64,000 nucleotides of DNA from an uncultured bacterium (GTDB lineage Bacteria; Zhuqueibacterota; QNDG01; DTFT01): contig CAVTNR010000002.1 of the NCBI GenBank assembly GCA_963736115.1, positions 1 to 64,000 of the forward strand, given 5' to 3'. The translations under genes and the position numbers were made by a program. The notes beneath the pieces are model-generated. The model was not told the origin of the DNA. It saw nothing but the letters and a program-made list of their open reading frames with translations, and did no database searches. Each line of letters starts with the position of its first letter. The stretch's first letter is position 1. Shown here one piece after another: positions 59,456 through 64,000 of the stretch.

Positions 59456-59539
59456 TTCATGGTTCATAGAAAAAAAACAATTTGGAAAAATTTGATCATG
59501 ACGTTTATAACTATGAACCATGAACTATCATCAATGAAC
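59456..59539. repeat. Inverted heptamer-array element
   Basis: GTTCATGGTTCATAGAAAAA ... TATGAACCATGAACTATCATCAATGAAC. Confidence 0.75.
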
Positions 59540-59545
59540 TTGTCT

Positions 59546-60379
59546 TCACCCGTCGCGCGCGCAGCGGAATCCATTGTGTGAGATGCCGTGATAATCGCCT
59601 TTACCGGTGCAACGGAAATCGTTGGTGCAATGAATGGCCGCGCTCAGCCAGCAGCCGCCTCGATAAATGCGATAACTGCCTTCAGCCGGTCCCTCCGGAT
59701 CGGTCTGCAGCGTGCTGTCGTAAGGGGCGTCCCAGTCCGAACACCATTCCCAGACGTTCCCGGTCATGTCGTACAGACCCAGTTCGTTCCGCATCAGCGA
59801 TCCGATCGGATGCGTCCGGTTCTCCGAGTTCTTGTCGTACCATCCCACCTGGGCGATCGAATCGCTTCCGCTGAAAGCCGTCCCTCTCGACCGGTTACCG
59901 CCCCTTGCCGCGAATTCCCACTCGGCTTCCGTCGGAAGCCGCATGCCGTAAAACCCGCAGAACGCGTCGGCGCCTTCCCACGTGATGTTCAGGGCCGGAT
60001 GATTCTCCAAACCCGGCACCGGAGCCCAGCCGCCCCCGGTTTTCTGAACCCCCCAGGGGTGCGAAAACACAAGCACGGCCCCGCGGTGCGGTCCCGTTTT
60101 CACCGTGTCGCTTCCGTATTCGAAGAGGAATCCGGCGAACTCGGCGTTGGTCACCTCCGTCCTGGAGATGAGGAAATCGGAGAGTGTCACGGTGTGCCGG
60201 CGGTCATTCCCCTTCTCGGCCGAGCCCATCTGAAACGTTCCCCCCTGAATTTGGATCAATGCCATGCCCGGGGGCTGGCGTTCCGGTTCGACGGCCGATT
60301 TCCGAATGCAGGCGGAAGCGAGAAGCACGGCAGCCGGCAGGAGCAGCCGGGGCCATTGGAGCGAACGTGAAGTGGTCAT
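59546..60379 (-). CDS. FGE-sulfatase (SUMF1/formylglycine-generating-enzyme fold) lipoprotein
   Basis: Lipobox LASA-C; GGTFQMGS, TEVTN, RLPTEAEWEFAARG, GLYDMTGNVWEWC, GFRCA. Confidence 0.9.
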   Translation of the reverse strand: MTTSRSLQWPRLLLPAAVLLASACIRKSAVEPERQPPGMALIQIQGGTFQMGSAEKGNDRRHTVTLSDFLISRTEVTNAEFAGFLFEYGSDTVKTGPHRGAVLVFSHPWGVQKTGGGWAPVPGLENHPALNITWEGADAFCGFYGMRLPTEAEWEFAARGGNRSRGTAFSGSDSIAQVGWYDKNSENRTHPIGSLMRNELGLYDMTGNVWEWCSDWDAPYDSTLQTDPEGPAEGSYRIYRGGCWLSAAIHCTNDFRCTGKGDYHGISHNGFRCARDG

Positions 60380-60536
60380 TCATCTTCCTTTCGGCGTGAG
60401 TCGGTGCGGAATCGATCGTCACTCGAAACGAACGGCGGCATCCCGCTGCCGGTCCGCATGGGTCCTGTGCAGGTTCCAGGCCCGCGGGAGGACGCGTCTC
60501 CGCGCGTGCTCCCGTGTCTGTTTCCCGGCGGAAGCG

Positions 60537-62727
60537 TCACCGGATCAGAGCGACCTTGAGCGCATCGCGGCCGGATCCGCCGGTCACTTCGATCACGTAG
60601 ATGCCTCCGGCGGCGGGACGACCTCCGTCGTCCGCACCGTCCCAGAACCAGGCGGCTTCGTGCCCTCCCGGCGCCGGCGGATCGATCGCGTCGAGGCGGA
60701 TTCTACGGCCGAGCGCGTTGAAAACCCGCACGCGGAGAAAACTGGCCTCATCCCGGGATCCGCCCTGAAAACGGACTTTCAACCGGACCCCGCCGTTGGA
60801 CGGATTCGGATGCGCCCCGAGAATGCGCAGGCTCCCGGCCGCGTGAATCTCCGCCGTCCCATCGACCCGGGTCTCGATGGAAGCCACCAGCACGGCTCCG
60901 AATTCGGCGGAAAAGGCCCTGCCTCTCCGTTCGAAGGACGAAACGCAAATACCCGCCTTCGGCTGGGTCGTGAATTTCATCTCCGCGGTCCGGAGGATAT
61001 CCCGCCACGTCAAACCGTCCTCCGAGCTGGAAAGCCTGACCCGGTCACCCCTTCTCTCCACGCGCACGCGGAGCGGAGGGTTCAGGGAGTCCCCATACAC
61101 GGAAAAAATGGTTTTCCCGTTCGGGATTTTCCGAACGTGCGTGATGAGCTGCCCCGAACGGGTCAGAAAAACGGAGAAGTGGGGGCTTCCCGGATCGAGC
61201 GTCTCCCGGATCATCAGGCCGGCCTTGCTGTCCGGATGCAGGCGCCTGCAGGCCGGCGATCATCGCTTCGATGCGAAAATCCCCTTCCGTGTCCCGGTAG
61301 GCGAACGTGCAGGCGTCCGCGGTGTCGTGCACGTCGCTCGCATGTCCTGATAGAATCAGGCCCGGGTCGTTCTCGATGAAGGACCCCGGATCGGGGACGT
61401 CGCCGATGTCGTCCCACATCCAGGCCTCCCTCCGGAACGGCCACCGGCTTCCGCTTCCGACGGGATTCGAACGGGAGGATGCGTCCCTGAGGTCCGTCAC
61501 CGTCAGGATGCAGGATTCCTGCGGCTCCAGCGGCGGCAGGGAGAGAACGGCCGACCGGCAGCCCGGGCCCGGATCGGCGGACAGGACGGTCCGTTCCGGC
61601 AGAACGCCGAAGTTCCGGGCGTCCCCGAGTCCGCTGCGCTCCATCGGTTCGCTGAACCGGATGCGCACCCGCGATGCAAGATCCGATGTCTCTATGACGT
61701 GAACGGACGTGATCCGTGGCCGTGCGGTGTCGGCCGGGGTCGTCACGACCAGGCGCGGATTGTCCTGAGATTCATCGAGGCGGTAATCAACGGCGCGTAT
61801 TTCATACACGTGCCGCGCTGCATCCGCGAGACCCGCGTCCACGGCCTCTGTTGTATCCGTCTCCAGAATTTTAAGTCCGTCCCGCATCACCCGGTAGAAC
61901 CAAGTTTCCGGATCCGAAATCACCGGATTCCATGTCAGACGGACCGAATGGTCCGTGAGATCGGCGGATGCCGGATTCCCAGGAGACGGAGGCCCGGTAG
62001 CCGGTTTTCCCCGGAGCGTCTGGCTGAACAGCCATTTCGGCAGATCGGGCGTGTGATACGCCTGATCCCCGATGTTGTGCCCTGTTCCCGGGTATTCCGT
62101 GTACAGGACCCGAACGGATCCCAGCCGGAGCAGGGCGTCGACCATTTCCCTCGCGCGGTCCACCCACACGGTGGCGTCGGCTTCACCGTGAAAGACCCAG
62201 ACCGGCAGGTGGATGATGCGGTCCGCCCGCTCCGGATCGGACCAGCCGCTGATCGGCACGGCCGCGGCCACGCGTTCGGGATGGTCTATTGCGAAGGTCC
62301 AGGCTCCCCCGCCCCCGAGCGAGGCGCCCGTCACGTAGACGCGGTCCGTATCAATCGGAAGCGTCCGGACAAGGGAGTCCACCAGCGCCCACGTCAGGGA
62401 CTCGGCATCCTTCTCCCAGCGCCCCCCGCTGATCTGCGGAACCAGGACAAAACAGGGTCGGAGGGCCTGGTTTTCCGGCTCTGCCCAGATTCGGGCTCCG
62501 GATTCCAGGTTTTTAACGTTGTCCAGACCCAGGCCGCCCGAGCCGTGCAGGTAGAGGATCAGGGGATAAACAGAATCCGCATCCGAAACGGAGGGGGTGA
62601 ACAGGCGGTACGGCATGTCGAATCCGTACCCGGTTCCCGAAAAAATCCCGGACCCGAAATCGTCCGGACCCGCGGACGCGGACAGGAACGGGAGAAGAAG
62701 AAGGGATCCGAACGCGAGAATTCTCAT
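60537..62727 (-). CDS. Secreted esterase/peptidase (alpha/beta hydrolase, FN3, Ig-like, lectin-like, T9SS CTD); apparent +1 frameshift near 61240
   Basis: YPLILYLHGSG, GASLG, WVFHGEAD, YPGTGH; continues in another frame as SKAGLMIRE...HPNPSN...GGIYVI. Confidence 0.78.
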
Positions 62728-62946
62728 TTCCGGCTCCTGGCAGGAGTTCAAACGCCCGGACGCATCCGGGAGGCACGGAGAATATAATCAACGGAGTGCG
62801 GAAAATCGTCCTGAATCATGAAGTAGTACGTTGAACCTTGAGGGGGGTTATCCGGAACAGCGTGCGGTCCGGACGTATCGGGCGGGTGTCATTCCCGTCT
62901 GCTCTATGAACACCCGATTAGAGGAGGACTTCGAGTTGTGTCAGGG

Positions 62947-64000
62947 TCATCGGATCGATCTCCGGCTCTCGGGTTCCGGCCGTTCCTCTCTCTCCAGATC
63001 CAGGACGAAGACCGTGCCGTCCGGTCCTGAACGGAGGAGGGAAACGCCGCCGCCATTCGCCTCGGCAAGCTGTCGGACGATGGAGAGCCCCAGTCCGGTT
63101 CCCTTCTCACGCGTGGTGAAGAAGGGGCTGAACACGGACGAACGGATTTCCTCCGGAATCCCCGGGCCCGTGTCCGTGAACCGGATGGCGATCCGGTTCC
63201 CTTCAGGCCCGGCCTCCACGGAGAGACGGCCTCCGCCGGGCATCGCCTGGACCGCGTTGCGCATCAGGTTCAGGCTGATGCGCTTGAGGTGGCTGGGATC
63301 GCAGAGGATCATGGCGCTTTCGGTGACGCCTTCAGTCGACAGGACGATCGCGCTTTTCCGGAATTCGGACTCGAGCAGGCCCGCGGCCTCGAGGACGACC
63401 GGAAGCACCGCGCAGGCCGTCCGGTGCGGCTCATCCGGACGCGCGTATTCCAGGAAACGGTCCACGATGTCCCGGAGATACCGGACTTCCTTGGCGATTT
63501 TTCCCACATGTTTCGCCGCGTCCGGATTCGCGGATGTTTCGTCCGCGAGCAAGCCCGCGAACAGTTCGATGCCGCCGAGCGGGTTCCGGATCTCATGGGC
63601 CACGCCGGCCACCATGGCCTTCAGCTCACGTTCACGCTCGACCACCCTGCGGCGCATGGATTCCATGGTGCTGGCCAGCCGCCCGATCTCCCCGCCCCCG
63701 GCGGCCGGAATCGGATCGTCGTACCGGCCCTCGCCGATCCGTTCGGAGGCGCGAACGAGTCCCCCGACCGGACGTGTGATGCTTTTGGCGAGAAAAAAAG
63801 CCAGCAGTCCGGTGGCCGCTGCGCCGGCGGCCGCGATCTGAAAAAGCCGTCTGCGGAGGGTGTCGACCGCGCCGAGGAATTCGGCGCTGCCGTCCACACC
63901 GACTCCCCCGACCACCCGGTCATCCCGGATCAGGGGCGCGAAACCCGTCATGGTCGGCCGCCCGTCGATGCCGTGGAACAGAATCGTATGCGACCGCTCC
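62947..64000 (-). CDS. HAMP-containing sensor histidine kinase, 5' truncated by window edge
   Basis: ITRPV HAMP, AHEIRNPL, NLMRNAVQA, DTGPGI, PFFTTREKGTGLGL. Confidence 0.92.
   Translation of the reverse strand, partial: ERSHTILFHGIDGRPTMTGFAPLIRDDRVVGGVGVDGSAEFLGAVDTLRRRLFQIAAAGAAATGLLAFFLAKSITRPVGGLVRASERIGEGRYDDPIPAAGGGEIGRLASTMESMRRRVVERERELKAMVAGVAHEIRNPLGGIELFAGLLADETSANPDAAKHVGKIAKEVRYLRDIVDRFLEYARPDEPHRTACAVLPVVLEAAGLLESEFRKSAIVLSTEGVTESAMILCDPSHLKRISLNLMRNAVQAMPGGGRLSVEAGPEGNRIAIRFTDTGPGIPEEIRSSVFSPFFTTREKGTGLGLSIVRQLAEANGGGVSLLRSGPDGTVFVLDLEREERPEPESRRSIR

Noticed and set aside
59546-60379. FGE/C-type-lectin-fold gene as a diversity-generating retroelement target
   Set aside because: No reverse transcriptase and no template-repeat copy of its 3' end seen in the window.
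62830-62946. Possible tRNA or ncRNA in the intergenic region
   Set aside because: No cloverleaf, T-loop or recognisable family motif.

Overview
GC-rich bacterial chromosome segment. Gene content suggests the FCB superphylum, probably a KSB1/Calditrichota-like lineage (inference from T9SS/FlgD-type C-terminal sorting domains, a PorV-like barrel and an exbB-exbD-exbD-tonB-PstS-like-TPR operon). I call about 45 genes: two sugar transporters, a TonB energiser operon plus a second tonB, two sigma54 two-component pairs, rlmD, ogt, a phosphomannomutase, prmC, a LacI-led SusD-less TonB-dependent-receptor locus, a WYL regulator module, five stand-alone T9SS cargo proteins, a divergent lnt and a serpin. 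I saw no tRNA, rRNA, CRISPR array or transposase. The most unusual signal is non-coding. A ~45-bp hairpin micro-element with a variable AT-rich core (7 copies) sits at precise positions inside a three-copy GATT-flanked MITE, and filled and empty sites are both visible. One MITE copy sits in frame inside a phosphodiesterase gene. Other highlights are twin sigma54 promoters with equally spaced enhancer palindromes, a fossil kinase 3' end marking a two-gene insertion, and inverted heptamer-repeat elements. Several +1 frameshifts are probably assembly errors. All calls are by eye from motifs; no database searches were run.
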